The notes beneath the pieces were generated by a model. It searched no databases and was not told where the DNA came from. It saw nothing but the letters and a program-made list of their open reading frames with translations. Positions 1 through 13,573 of a DNA stretch of 64,000 nucleotides are shown one piece after another (the stretch's first letter is position 1; each line of letters starts with the position of its first letter). A program made the translations under genes and the position numbers. Source of the stretch: Squalus acanthias (lineage: Eukaryota); assembly GCA_030390025.1 (NCBI GenBank), contig CM059438.1, positions 61,630,001 through 61,694,000 on the forward strand. The letters run 5' to 3'.

Positions 1-1805
1 TGTTCCTGGCGGTCCGCCATTTTCGGTTTTTGCTGGAGGGCCACCCCTTCACTGCGTTTGTCGACCACAAACCCCTGACATTCGCAATGGCAAAGACAAC
101 TGACCCCTGGTCCGCCAGGCAGCAGCGCCAGCTCGCAGCAGTGTCCGAGTTCACCACGGACATCCAACACGTCTCCGGCCGAGACAATGTGGTAGCCGAC
201 TGCCTCTCCCGCCCCGCCATCCACGCCGCACACCTGGCAGTCGACTACGCTCAACTCGCAGCAGACCAGATCACCGACCCTGATCTGCTCTCCGCACCTA
301 CCAACCTACCAGGGCTACGCCTGGCCGACGTCGCCTGTGGCCCGACCGCCGTCACGGTAAAGTGTGACGTATCCCTACGTCAACCTCGGCCCGTCGTCCT
401 GGCACTGCCGGGTATTCGAGATTCTCCACAACCTCTCCCACCCCGGCGCCCGCGCATCCATCAAATTGGTAGCCAACCGCTTTGTCTGGCGCAGCCTTCG
501 CAAGGATGTGCGTACTTGGGCCAACTCCTGCCTAGCCTGCCAACGGGCCAAGGTGCAGCAACACACGAAAGCACCCCTCGAGGAGTTTACCGTCCCTTCG
601 CGTAGATTCGACCACATCCACGTGGACATCGTCGGGCCCCTGCCGCCGTCGCAAGGCCACACGCACTTGCTGACAATCGTTGACCGCACCACGCGCTAGC
701 CCGAGACAATTCTACTGACCTCTACCACCACCGCCGACATCGCCAGAGCCTTCGTCAGCACCTGGGTCGCACGGTTCGGCGTCCCCTCCGACATGACGTC
801 GGACAGAGGTCCGCAATTTACCTCTGAACTCTGGACCGCCGTCGCACGCAATCTCGGGGTTACCATTCACCGCACCACAGCGTACCACCCCCAAGCCAAC
901 GGACTGTGTGAGCGGTTCCACAGATCCTTGAAGGCATCTCTTCGAGCCAGCCTCCAGGACGGCGCCTGGACCGACCGACTCCCGTGGGTCCTCCTCGGCC
1001 TGCGCACCGCGGTTAAAGAAGACCTCCACGCATCGGCAGCAGAGCTCATGTACGGTCAGCCGCTGCGCGTACCCGGTGAGTTCCTGCCCACCGCCACGAC
1101 ACCCTGGTCAGCCGACCAGCAACGCCACGACTTCGCCTCACCGGCGCTACAGTTCGCCCCGGTGCCCATTGCCCGACACGGCGAATCTACCGCACATGTC
1201 CCACTAAGCCTGCACCAGGCACGGTTCGTTTTCGTCCGGCACGACGCCCACCACGGACCCCTTCAACCCCCGTACGACGGGCCCTACAAGGTGCTACAGG
1301 CTGGGGACAAATTTTTCACCCTGCAAGTGGGCGACAGGACCGAAAAAGTGTTGGTTGACCGACTCAAGCCAGCACACTCGGAGCCCGGTGAGCAGGTCCC
1401 TGTAGCCGGTCCACCGCCACGCAGGCCGACCTGCCCTCAAGCCAGTTCACCCGGCTGCTCCACGCCCGGCCGTTCCACGTCCACCGGCGTCCTACAAGAG
1501 CCGCTCCGGCCGGCCCATCAGACCGCCGCACCGTCTCGTCCACACCTCCTAAGCGGATTCTGGGGGGAGCTGTGTGGCGGATCACCACCTAAACGGGCGC
1601 AATCCACTTTTCCGTCCGTGGACAATAAATCGGGCACCTTGCCTTTAAGGCGCATGCTGCCTTTAAGGCAGGGAAAAAAGGAGTGGGCGTGGCCCTCAGA
1701 GTTTGCAGAGAAATGTTCGCAGCCATTTTACCAGAGATGTGATTAAAAGCCATGTGTTCCACTTATTGACTCGGCTTCAATTCGTGCTTCGCGACAACCA
1801 CAACA
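1..1805 (+). mobile_element. Gypsy/Ty3 LTR retrotransposon, 3' part (RNase H end, integrase, PPT, 3' LTR), defective
   Basis: RNase H-end motifs (DHKPL, HVSGRDNVVADCLSR). Integrase zinc finger H..HPG..C..C, DDE motifs HVDIVGPL/SDRGPQF/GLCERFH and GPY motif. Frameshift near 400 and in-frame TAG at 697-699 (expected Trp). Confidence 0.92.
1571..1805 (+). repeat. 3' LTR of the Gypsy element, preceded by a polypurine tract (GGGGGGAG 1562-1569)
   Basis: TG(TGTGG) start just after the PPT, ATTAAA at 1742, end CCACA(ACA). Termini uncertain by 2-3 nt. Confidence 0.7.
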
Positions 1806-1918
1806 ACCTTTGCTTTTGCCCTACTTACAAGTGCCTAACCGACTGTGTCAACATGAACATTTTTAACTTTACATTATGTTTTGGTTTAAACTTTGAATTA
1901 TTCTGTACTTCTTTGTAG

Positions 1919-1972
1919 TCTGAACATAAGGAGATAGTGCCAGGAGTTGATACAAAGAATGATGACATTCAG
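1919..1972 (+). CDS. Unknown micro-exon gene, internal exon A (SEHKEIVPGVDTKNDDIQ)
   Basis: Polypyrimidine-TAG acceptor, CAG|GTAAAT donor, 54 nt, phase 0-0, open. Confidence 0.7.
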
Positions 1973-2464
1973 GTAAATACAACCTAAAATTGCTTTGTAG
2001 ATTGTTGTGTTCTTTCCATCTAAAGAAATCTGACCTTCCTGTCCCTGCTGTCAATTGTGATTGTTCTGCTCATTTAAGTAACCTCAACACTGTCTACTAG
2101 TTTTTCCCATTTTGAGGTCATAGCAGATATTAAAATAATGGAAAGTAGGTAATTAATTTAATCATGAGTTTAACAAAGTGGTGCAGGTTGTCAGAGCACC
2201 AGTATGCGGGTTCTGAAAACACTGAGATGCAAGTTTGCTGAAATCCGTCGCATCAGGTACTGCGAGATTGGCGGGGAGGTTAAGTATTTGAACTTAGTTA
2301 CCCTAGGCTGTTCTTGTGAGCCTCCTGGCAGCTGATCAAAGTAGCACTGAATTCAGGCCGGGGAGCAGTTCTCCTGCAGACGGTTCATGCGTGGGCAGAC
2401 TAGAAGAGTGGGGAAACACTGGAACATTTAAGGGTAAAAAGCCTAAAAACGTAGGGTTCCGTGG

Positions 2465-5400
2465 ATAGAAACATAGAAAATAGGTGCAGGAGTAGACCAT
2501 TCGGTCCTTCGAGCCTGCACCGCCATTCAATGCGTTCATGGCTGAACATGCTACCTCAGTACCCCATTCCTGCTTTCTCGCCATACCCCTTGATCCCCCT
2601 AGTTGTGAGTATTATATCTAACTCCCTTTTGAATATATTTAGCGAACTGGCCTCAACAACCTTCTGTGGTAGAGAATTCCACAGATTCACCACTCTCTGG
2701 GTGAAGAAGTTCCTCCTCATCTCAGTCTTAAATGGCTTCCCCTTTATCCTTAGACTGTGACCCCTGGTTTTAGTTTTCCCTAACATTGGAAACATTCTGC
2801 CCGCATCTAATTTGTCTAAACCAGTCAGGATTTTAAACGTTTCTATAAGATCCCCCCTCATTCTTCTGAACTCCAGAGGATACAAGTTCAGTTGATCCAG
2901 TCTTTCTTGATATGTCAGTCTGGCCATCCCAGGAATCAATCTAGTGAACCTTCGTTGCACTCCCTCAATAGCAAGAATGTCCTTCCTCAAGTTAGGAGAC
3001 CAAAACTGCACACAATACTCCAGGTGTGGCCTCACCAAGGCCCTGTACAACTGTAGCATCACCTCCCTACTCCTGTACTCAAATCCCCTTGCTATGAAGG
3101 CCATCATGCCATTTGCTTTCTTGACTGCCTGCTGCACTTGCCTTCCCACCTTCAGTGACTGATGTACCATGACGCCCAGGTCTCGTTGCACCTCCCCTTT
3201 CCCTAATCTGCCACCATTCAGGTAATAGTCTGCCTCCCTATTTTTACCACCAAAGTGGATAACCTCACATTTATCCACATTGTACTTCATCTGCCATACA
3301 TTTGCCCATTCACCCAACCTGTCCAAGTCACTCTGTAGCCTCCTAGCATCCTCCTCATTGTTCACACTGCCTCCCAATTTAGTGTCATCCGCAAATTTGG
3401 AGATATTACAATTAATCCCTTCGTCCAAATCATTAATATATAATGTAAACAGCTGGGGCCCCAGCACCAAACCCTGCGGTACCCCGCTGGTCACTGCCTG
3501 CCATTCTGAAAAGTACCCATTTACTCCTACTCTTTGTGTGCCAACCAGTTCTCAATCCACGTCAACACATTACCCCCAATCCCATGTGCTTTAACTTTGC
3601 ACACAAATCTCTTGTGTGGGACCTTGTCGAAGGCCTTCTGAAACTCCAAATACACCACATCTACTGGTTCCCCCCCATCCACCCTATTGGAAACATCCTC
3701 AAAAAATTCCAGAAGATTTGTCAAGCATGATTTCCCTATCACAAATCCATGCTGACTTGGACCTATCATGTCGCCACTTTCCAAATGGTCTGTTATGACA
3801 TCTTTAATAATTGATTCCATCATTTTACCCACCACCGATGTCAGGCTGACCGGTCTATAATTCCCTGCTTTCTCCCTCCCTCCTTTTTTAAAAAGAGGGG
3901 TTACATTAGCCACCCTCCACTCCTTCGGAACTGATCCAGAGTCTAAGGAATGTTGGAAAATGATCGTCAATGCATCCACTATTTCCAAGGCCACCTCCTT
4001 AAGTACTCTGGGATGCAGACCATCAGGCCCTGGGGATTTATCAGCCTTCAGTCCCATCAATTTCCCCAACACCTTTTCCCGACTGATAGGATTTCCCTCA
4101 GCTCCTCCCTCTTACCAGATCCTTTGATCTCTTTTATTTCCGGAAGGTTGTTTGTGTCCTCCACAGTAAACACCGAACCAAAGTACTTGTTCAATTGATC
4201 TGCCATTTCTTTGTTCCCCATTATGACTTCCCCTGTTACTGACTGCAGGGGACCTACGTTTGTTTTTACTAACCTCTTTCTTTTTACATATTTATAGAAG
4301 CTTTTGCAGTCCGTTTTAATGTTCTCCGCAAGCTTCCTTTCATATTTTATTTTCCCTGCCCTAATCAAACCCTTCGTCCACCTCTGCTGAGTTTTAAAGT
4401 TCTCCCAGTCCCCGGGTTTGCTGCTACTTCTGGCCAATTTGTATGCCACTTCCTTGCTTTTAATACTATCCCTGATTTCCCTTGCTAGCCATGGTTGAGC
4501 CACCTTCCCTTTTTTATTTTTACGCCAGACAGGGATGTACAATTGCTGTAGTTCATCCATGCGATCTCTAAATGTCTGCCATTGCCCTTCCACTGATAAC
4601 CCCTTAAATATCGCTTGCCAATCTAACCTCGCCAATTCACGCCTCATACCCTCAAAGTTGCCCTTATTTAAGTTCTGGACCATGGTCTCTGAATTAACTG
4701 TTTCCTTCTCCATCCTAATGTAGAACTCCACCATACTATGGTCACTCTTCCCCAAGGGGCCTCGCACCACAAGATTGCTGATTAGTCCTTCCTCATTACA
4801 CAACACCCAGTCCAGGATGGCCTCCCCTCTAGTTGGTTCCTCAACATATTGGTTTAGGAAACCATCCCTTAAACACTCCAGGAAATCCTCCTCCACCGTA
4901 TTGCTTCCAGTTTGAGTAGCCCAATCTATATGCATATTAAAGTCACCCATGATAACTGCTGCGCCTTTTTTGCATGCACCTCTGATTTCCTGTTTCATAC
5001 CCTCCCCCACCTCACTACTACTGTTTGGAGGTCTGTACACAACCCCCACTAACGTTTTCTGCCCTTTGGTGTTCTGCAGCTCAACCCATATTGATTCCAC
5101 ATCCTCCACGCTAATGTCCTTCCTAGCTATTGCATTAATCTCCTTTTTAATCAGCAATGCTACTCCACCCCCTTTTCCTTTTATTCTATCCTTCCTGAAT
5201 GTTGAATACCCCTGGATATTCAGTTCCCAGCCTTGATTGTTCTGGAGCCACGTCTCTGTAATCCCAATCACATCATATCCGTTAACATCAATTTGCACAG
5301 TCAATTCATTCACCTTATTACGGATACTCCTTGCATTAAGACACAGAGCCTTTAGGCTTGTTTTATTAACACCCTTTGTCCTTTTAGACTTATGATTTAG

Positions 5401-6410
5401 TATGGCCCTTTGTGTTTCTTGCCTTTGTTTACTCGGATTTCCCTTATTGTTTCTCACCCTTCTAACATTTGTTTCTGACTGCATATTACTTCCCCCTGTT
5501 TCGCTACATAGGTTCCCATTCCCCTGCCATATTAGTTTAAATCCTCCCGAACTGCCTTAGCAAATATTACCCCGAGGACATCGGTTCCAGTCCTGCCCAA
5601 GTGCAGACCGTCCCTTTTGTACAGGTCCCACTTCCCCCAGAACTGGTTCCAATGCCTCAGATATTTGAATCCCTCCCTCCTGCACCACTGCTCAAGCCAC
5701 GTATTTAATCTCACTATCCTGTTCATGCTACTCTGATTAGCACGTGGCACTGGTAGCAACCCAGAGATTACTACCTTTGAGGTCCTACTTTTCAATTTAG
5801 CTCCTAGCTCCCTAAATTCTGCTTGTAGGACCTCTTCCCGCTTTTTACCTATATCGTTGGTACCTACATGCACCACGACAGCTGGCTCTTCACCCTCCCT
5901 TTCCAGAATGTTCTGCAGCCGCTCCGAGACATCCTTGACCCTTGCACCAGGGAGGCAACATACCATCCTGGAATCTCGGTTGCGGCCACAGAAACTCCTG
6001 TCTATTCCCCTTACAATTGAGTCCCCTATCACTATAGCTCTACCACTCTTTTTCCCGCCCTGCTGTGCAGCAGAGCCAGCCATGGTGCCATGAACCTGGC
6101 TGCTGGTGCCTTCCCCTGGTAGGTCATTTCCCCCAACAGTATCCAAAACAGTATATCTGTTTTGGAGGGAGACGACCGCAGGGGACTCCTGCACTACCTT
6201 CCTGATATTGCCCTGCCTCTTGGTCACCCATTTACTGTCTGACCTAGCCTTTACCCGCGGTGTGTTCAACTCACTAAATGAGTAATCCACAAAGTTCTCG
6301 GCATCGTGGATGCTCCAGAGTGAGTCCATCCGCAGCTCCAGTGCCGCCATGCGGTCCGTCAGGAGCTGCAGCTGGACGCACTTCCTGCACACATAGTTGT
6401 CAGGGATAAC
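2465..6410 (-). mobile_element. CR1 LINE, near full length (5'-truncated in ORF1)
   Basis: ORF1 5532..6413. ORF2 APE+RT split by two frameshifts (4057..5484, 3527..4072, 2556..3494). 3' UTR and (TTTCTATG)n tail at 2465-2480. Confidence 0.95.
2556..5484 (-). pseudogene. CR1 ORF2 (APE endonuclease + reverse transcriptase), frameshifted
   Basis: NARS, GITETW, GDFN, DHS (APE); KSPGPDG, NYRPVSL, GVPQG, FADD (RT). Confidence 0.93.
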
Positions 6411-6413
6411 CAT
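5532..6413 (-). CDS. CR1 ORF1 with SGNH/GDSL esterase-like domain
   Basis: VIGDSIVRG, HVGTNDI and DGLHL motifs; N-terminal CxxC plus leucine-rich coiled coil. Confidence 0.85.
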   Translation of the reverse strand: MVIPDNYVCRKCVQLQLLTDRMAALELRMDSLWSIHDAENFVDYSFSELNTPRVKARSDSKWVTKRQGNIRKVVQESPAVVSLQNRYTVLDTVGGNDLPGEGTSSQVHGTMAGSAAQQGGKKSGRAIVIGDSIVRGIDRSFCGRNRDSRMVCCLPGARVKDVSERLQNILEREGEEPAVVVHVGTNDIGKKREEVLQAEFRELGAKLKSRTSKVVISGLLPVPRANQSSMNRIVRLNTWLEQWCRREGFKYLRHWNQFWGKWDLYKRDGLHLGRTGTDVLGVIFAKAVREDLN

Positions 6414-6559
6414 GAAATACTCTCGTTTTACTCTCCTGACTTCAGGCTGGTTTTTTAATGAGGGTATTCACCATGCTCTTTAAATCCATAATGGAGAAGG
6501 CCAGCAGTAATCAGCCAGTAACATAACTACTATTTACATGAATAACTCCTACCTGTCTG

Positions 6560-9500
6560 GGGGGGTGCTAAATTGGATAGCCGACGAAAACGGGCGCGGG
6601 GGATCGCGATGTGCGATTAACCCGTGCCCGTTGATTGAAATACCAACTTTGTGCTGCCTGCTCATTATAATGGGCCATAATTTGCAGCCCTTACGGGTGC
6701 GTACGAGGTGCAAGTTCTGGGTTTAGACATGCGAAGCACATGTGCAAAAACCCGGAACTTGCAATCTGTCAAGAATCTTCTTGACAGATCCAACGCTTCC
6801 CCGACAAAATGGCATCCGCGGGCGGACAGTTGAACTATTTGCCCAGCGAATGCCCGTGAAATTCTTACGCCTGGTAAAAGCAGTGTTTTAAAAAACATAT
6901 CAATCATTTATGCATTAAAAAACGTGTACAATAAGGTAAGTTTATTTTTAGCCCCTTTAAAACATTTAAATTTATTTTTCAAAAAAATAAATGTTTGTTT
7001 TAAATATTTAATTAAATGGCATTTTAATTAATTTTAAATATGTAATAAAAAAAAAATTATTTGATGTGTAGATGTATTTTTTGGGCTATTTCCATTCATG
7101 CTTATGGGGTTTCCGTACATTCCCTGCTGCAAGCCTCACACCCACATCTCACAGCTTGCACTCACTGCCAGCTATTCAACCATGACAGCCACATCAGCCA
7201 AACAGATTGCACAATGCTCGCTGACACACTTCGCTTTCTCTGGTGCACAAACGGAGGGAGCAGGAGCTAACCGAAAGGGGACAGGCGTGCCTGCATGTCC
7301 TAACCCCCGTGGAGGAGACAGTGCTGGCCATTATTGGAACAGCCATTGCTGAGACCATGGCCAGCGGCGGGGCGAAAACCACCGAAGATGATGGTATCCT
7401 TATAACTAATCCTGCTTTTCACATCACACTTCCCCTTCATCCCACAATCTCTTCTGATTTACAAGCTGCAGATGGTGTAAGCATGCACCTCTTACTCCCC
7501 ACCCCCCTTACCACAACTTTACCCTTGTGCCTTTTTCCTTTCAGATACCCAGGAGTTGCAACCTGGCCAGGCAGTGGAGGACCACCAAGAAGGGAGTGAT
7601 GATGAAGACAGCACCATCACTTGATTTCACACTCGCAGCCATCAGCTCAGATATTGACATTGCGCATATCTTAGATTAGAGGCGGGATCTGCACCTGGTG
7701 AGACACCAGGCACGAGTGCACTGCAGCCACGGCAGGGAGCAAGAATAGCACAGGTGCCAGGTCGCCAGAAAGCATGATCGCACACGGGTTCCGCTGCAGA
7801 GGACTCGGATGAGGACTTCGATGGAGCAGCCTACAGCAGAACATTGATGGGTATGCACAAAGAAATGCTTGGTGCATTGGGAAGCCTGCCAGAAAGCCCA
7901 CGTTCAATGTCAAGGAGCATGGAGGAGTCTAGCACCAACTTTGCGCAGAGCTTAGAGCCCATTCTTTCCAGCATGGAAGTGGTGGTCAACTCCATTCGCA
8001 CACTTATGGACCCAGCCATGATGCAGCGTCTGAAGACCGATGTCGCAACTTCCATTGCAGCACAAGCAGAAGCCATCCAACGTCTGAGTCCTGCAGTGGA
8101 AGCTCAGACTGCTGTCATTATGGCTGTGGACTACAGTGTGCAAAGGGGCTTGCAGAATGTCACAGCAGTCCAGCAATCTGTCCTCCAACAGATTACTAGG
8201 TTGGCTGAGGCGCTGCCCCGGGGAAGTGGCAGTGGCTCCATGGAGCATGAACCTGCTGTCTTCTCTCAGGATGACAGCATTCGTCATCCCACCCCACCAC
8301 TCTGTTGGTGTCTTTGCTGTTGCTTGTCAGCCAGCCAGCCCAGACTGCTGCCGGCCATGCTGAGATGGTGTAGTGCCGCAGTAGCTGGGCCTAGGCCCAG
8401 AGCTGCTCGAAGTCATCCTCCAAGGCTATCTGAAGTCTCCTCCACTGAAAGTTAGCAGCCTTCCACCAGCCATGCTGCAGCCACTGAGGTAGCACTGCAC
8501 AGGAACACTAGGACAGGCAAAGGTACATGGAAGACAGGCACTAAGGGAGTGCACAAGGATTACGTTTGTATGCAATATGGCATGATTTCATTTATAAATT
8601 TGGTTTGGAATGTTTATTTTATGGTGGCTTTTATTTGTGGCCAAGCAGACACTGATGGTCAGTGACAGAGGGAAGGTAAGGTGTGGGACTGTTGGTGAAT
8701 GGGAAATTAGGGTTGTGGTTACTAGTATCGCACTCAAATTATATCTTCACGGACAGCCCGGGCAGAAAAGAGCTGTCTAGGTTGCCTCATCCCTTCCTCT
8801 TCATCTTCTTCCTCCTCCTACATAAGAATATAAGAAATAGGAGCAGGAGTAGGCCATTTGGCCCTTGGAGCCTGCTCCGCCATTCAATAAGATCATGATT
8901 GATCTTCTACCTCATCTCCACTTTCCTGAACTAGCCCCATATCCCTTGATTCTCTTAATATTCAAAAATCTATCGCTCTCTGTCTTGAATATACTCAACG
9001 ACTGAGCCTCCACAGCCCTCTGGGGTAGAGAATTCCAAAGATTCACCACCCTCTGAGTGAAGAAATTTCTCCTCATCTCAGTCTTAAATGGCTGACCCCT
9101 TATTCTGAGACTGTGACCCCCCTGGTTCTAGACTCCCCAGCCAGGGGAAACATCCTCTCTGCATCTACCCTGTCAAGCCCTGTAAGAATTTTGTATGTTT
9201 CAATGAGATCACCTCTCATTTTTCTAAACTCCAGAGAATATAGGCCTAGTCTACTCAATCTCTCCTCATAGGACAATCCCCCCATCCCAGGAACCAGTCT
9301 GGTGAACCTTCGTTGCACTCCTTCTATGGCAAGTATATCCTTCCTTAGGTAAGGAGACCAAAACTGTACACAATACTCCAGGTGTGGTCTCCTCCTCCTC
9401 CTCATGCTCCTGCTCCTCAGCTGCTCGCCGTATAGCTGGTAGCAAGGTCTTTCCCCTCATGCTGGCGAGGTTGTGCAGCATGCAGCAGACCTCCACAAAT

Positions 9501-10958
9501 CTTGATACTCGCTGTGCCGAGTATTGCAGGTCTCCAGAGCGGTCCAGATAGCGGAAGCATTGTTTCAGCGCGCCAGTGGTCTGCTCTATCACATTTCGTG
9601 TGGCAGCATGGCTTTCATTGTATGCATGCTGCGCACATGTGCATGGGTTGCACACCGGAGTCATATGCCATGTCGTCAGCAGATAGCCCTTGTCGTCCAG
9701 TAGCCACCCTTTGATTTGCCATGGTGGCTCAAATGCAGCTGGCACAGCGGACTGCCACAGAATGAAGGCATCGTGATTGCTGCCAGGATACCGGGCATTG
9801 ACCTGCCTGATTCTCTGCCTATGGTCACACACCGGCTGGACATTGAGGGAGAGGAATCTCTTTCGGTTCCGGTATGTGGCAGAGTTGACATGTGGCGCCC
9901 GCAAAGCAATGTGCGTGCAGTCAATGGCACCCTTCACCATGGGGAAGCCTGCAATCCTAGCAAAGCCACGTGTTCGCTTCGCCTGCTGGTCTCTGACAAA
10001 AGAGAATGAAATGTAGTCAGAGAGCTTCAGTGACATCCCTTATGCAACCGTGGACGGCAAACTGGAAGATGTTGCAAATATCCCCAGCTCCAGCCTGGAA
10101 GGAGCCAGATGCATAAAAGTTCTTTGCCACGGTCACCTTCACAGCCAGTGGCAATGCAGTTCTTGCCCTGCTCTTAGGTTGGAGTTGTGGCTGCAGCAGG
10201 TGGCAAATTTCAGTGAGCATGTCCTTATTGAAGTGCAGACATCTCACACATTGTTCCTCGCTGAGGTTCAGGTAGGAGAATTGCTCCCTGAACACCCTGG
10301 GGGGGATATGGCCTCCTACGGAGAGGCCTTCTCCCCCTCCTCCTCCTCCCTCTTCTAGCAGCTTCTCCTGCTCTGTGGCCTCTGCTCATTCTCCCAGTCA
10401 TTCTGCATTCCAAGGGGAATGCCTACTAGTGCACCCATGTCTGGGAGAAACTGCTTTATGCAGAAGCCTTGAAGCCAGCAAAAAGTCCTTCAGCACCTGC
10501 CACACCACTCACTGTAAACTTTTGCAACTTGAAAGAACTATGGAAAGCACCAAACACTTGTAGAATCATAGCAACAGTCAAAAGAAATCAACCAGCAACT
10601 AACCTGTAAGTAGTTGATGATCCCTTTAAATAGCGCTGGCAAGGGGTCCTTCCTGCTGCTTTTAACGCGTGTTCAGCTGTGCAAGGTTAAGAGAGGGTGT
10701 CAGCTGGAACATTAAGCTCCAAACTGGCATTGCTGGCGTCAAATCAGCGTTGCATGCTGATTGACACCATGATCTACCTGCTTTGCTTTGCATACTTCCG
10801 GTGGACATTAGCTGCATGCGCGCTAATGCCCACACCAAGATGGCATCCGGAGCAATTCGCACCAGAAGTGTGCGCACACGTATTGGATGACATTTTGGTC
10901 TCCGAACGCCACCCGTAGCACCCAAACAACGTGTGCTACCAAGCCCATTTTCGTGCCC
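6560..10958. mobile_element. Harbinger/PIF DNA transposon A, degenerate
   Basis: Imperfect TIR (GGGTGCTAAATTGG / CCATTTTCGTGCCC). Remnant coiled-coil accessory ORF on + (7240..8455). Frameshifted transposase on - (~8720..10440; GAIDCTH, GSNHD, IEQT). Termini resemble the copy at 40663. Confidence 0.85.
8820..9388 (-). mobile_element. CR1 3' fragment inserted in the (CCT)n acidic tract of the Harbinger A transposase
   Basis: RPHLEYCVQFWSP RT C-terminus, (TTCTTATG)n-type tail; CCTCCTCCT on both sides. Confidence 0.9.
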
Positions 10959-11599
10959 ACAGACTCCTAACTTTAGTTAGAAAGAGAAGTTAAATCGTGG
11001 TGCAGCCAGCTTTTACCTTTGTTTCTATGTACTTCAAAGGAGTTTGGATTGTATTTCTCTGAAAAAGCCTGCTTACCTGAGAGGAGTTTCAACAGTTTTT
11101 GGAGTCTCACAGCCAACAGCTAGACAGCTGTGTGATTTTAAAGTCAGTGCCAGTGGAGTTAGACTAGATTACGGTTACAGTAAGTAAACTTGTGTTTAAC
11201 GTCTATGTTCAGAAAGAAAGTGAGTGCTGTCTTTATATTTTATGTATTGAGGATAGAGAAATACATATTTTATTGTTACACTGATTACTGCTCATTTATC
11301 GGTCTCATAAATAAAACTATTTGTTGGTTCCAAAGTCTTGAGTGTCCAGTTTCATAAGCGTGAGTATCCAGTCCACATTCGAAGGGAGGAGAATCACTTG
11401 GTGGCATGTAATACATTTCAGTAGCTAGTTTAGAGTTTCTGTTACAATCCCTGGGTCTATAGTTTACCTGATTATTGGGCAGCAGAAGGTTCACTCACAA
11501 TCATAGAGGACATGAGGACTGGTTAAATGACTAACCAATGACACTGAAACCAAGAGTATATTCAGTGTACAAACCCAAAAAATGACTGGAGTAGAGGAG

Positions 11600-13005
11600 C
11601 AGACACACTTCAGCAATTCAGATACACAAATCTTTAAAAATTGTAGAATAAATTGTGTTTTTAAATAACCATATGGGATCCTAGATTTTATAAACGTAGG
11701 GGCATTCAGAACAAAAGCAAAAAAGTATTGCTAAACCTATACAAATATTTGGTTAGGGTGCATTTAGAATATTGTGCCCAGTTTTGGACGCCCTACTTTA
11801 GGAAGGATGTCGAATGATGGAGAGGATTCAGATGAGATTCATTAAGATGATACTAGAGTTGAGGGGCTTCAGTTACGAGCAGTCACTTGGGGAAACTGGG
11901 GCTCCTTCCATTAGAAAAAAGAAGGTTAAGAGGAGACTTGATTGAGGTGGTCAAAATTGTGAAGGGTTTTTAAAAAGGAAAAAGAGGGAAAGCTATTTGG
12001 TGAGTTAGTAACTAGAGGACTCAAATTTAAAATAAGCAGCAAAAGTCTGAAGGAAGAGTGTTAGTGGATTTCCGGCGGTTGCGGTCGCAACAAAGGGTGT
12101 TAGTCCTACAACAATAACCTCTGCGTGATTTAGGCCCGAGTGGTTTTAAACAACTAGCTTTAATATACATTGACTAATAGCAGTATTATTTTTATACAAA
12201 TGTTCTACAGTATTACATTAGATGGCGAGCAATTAATACAACTTGTTTCCTCCACGAAGTCTCGTTCAAGCTGATCAGATTTGTTATCTTTCATGGGTCA
12301 CCATTATGGCGAAAGGACTTCCGATTGTTCCCAAGAGCACTCTAACTTCTGGAGGGAACAGGTCCTACCCTTGTATTATTTGGTGACCTTGGGCTGGACC
12401 TACGCATAACAGTATTCCACCAAGCTGGCGTCCGCTTGAGGTGTTTACCCCACTTCTAATCTTTTCAGCCTCCACCTCTGTTCTACAAACTTTGTTTATT
12501 GGTAAATGCGTAGGCCAAGTGACCTTGTAGGCCTTCATAGTTCTGACTGCCTTAGCGGTATCAATGCTATCTTTTACTGTGGTATGTGGTGTCTTAGCAA
12601 CTGCCCCCTCATCTCGGTGCCTGATTCTCATGGCCCAGCTTGTTTTGTTCACACAGAAACTAAAAGCTTCCACTTTTCTCCACATTCGCTCTCTGGCTAA
12701 AATGCTAAAGCAAAGCACGCTGGGATACTTAGCTCATTTAAACCACTTCAAAATATTCTAACAGAGAGGTTAAGATAATTTTTTTAAGCAGAGGGTTGTT
12801 AGGACATGGAGTGCCCTACTAACAACAGTGGTGGAAGCAGAATCCAAAATGGCTTTCAAAAAGGAAGTGGGTAAATATTTGAAAAAGAAAAGTTTTGAAA
12901 GATATGAGAAAAGGGCAAGGAATGGGACTAAATGGATAGCTCTTTCAGAGAGCCGACACAGGCATGTTGATGGGCCCCTTCTACACCGTAAAATTTTATG
13001 ATGCG
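11600..13005 (+). mobile_element. Old degenerate CR1 3' fragment, interrupted by a solo LTR
   Basis: Decayed CR1 RT C-terminal and 3' UTR similarity on both sides of 12059..12763. Confidence 0.7.
12059..12763. mobile_element. Solo LTR (705 bp)
   Basis: TGTTAG...CTAACA termini, near 5-bp TSD (AAGAG/GAGAG), cleanly interrupts CR1; AATAAA on - strand near 12495. Confidence 0.7.
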
Positions 13006-13573
13006 AAACACAGCCAGGCTGTATTAAACATCTGCCAATCAAGTTCATCGTTTCTTCAGTTCTGAGGATGTTACGTTCTGCTGTGAAATAATAATTTTCT
13101 TAGTACAGTTGAGGATTGTCGTTACTATGTGTGATCTGAAATCTTGATGCACTTCCTCTGTAATGCTTTATTTCTAGGTTTGTTTAAAATGATGTGTGTA
13201 AAGCTTAGGCTCGGCCACGGTGCCTTCCGTAGACAAACTAATACTCACTATCTAAGCTAACATTTGAAGGGTGAAGTACCAGAGTACATCATGGTATTGT
13301 GCCCCATCAAAAGTTGGTTTCATAGAAGGAATGTGAAGTTAACACATTCTAATATAGATGGTATGAAATTCTGTTTTTGTGTATAGGAGGTAAATGATGA
13401 ATATAAAGCAATACCTCTTCTCCCAAAATAGAAATCAGTTTGCCCTGCTATATTTACTGATAAGTTTATTCTACAGTCCAGCCTGAAGATCAAATATAAA
13501 TATTTTTGCATGAATATTAATTACACCAGACCAAAATATCACAGTTCTGGAAAAATGCACTTTTTTTTTCCAG

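Noticed and set aside
9266..10036. Novel transposase fusion ORF
   Set aside because: Chance read-through from a broken Harbinger transposase into an inserted CR1 fragment
2180..11450. Old LTR-like element split by CR1 and Harbinger A
   Set aside because: No matching termini or TSD could be established
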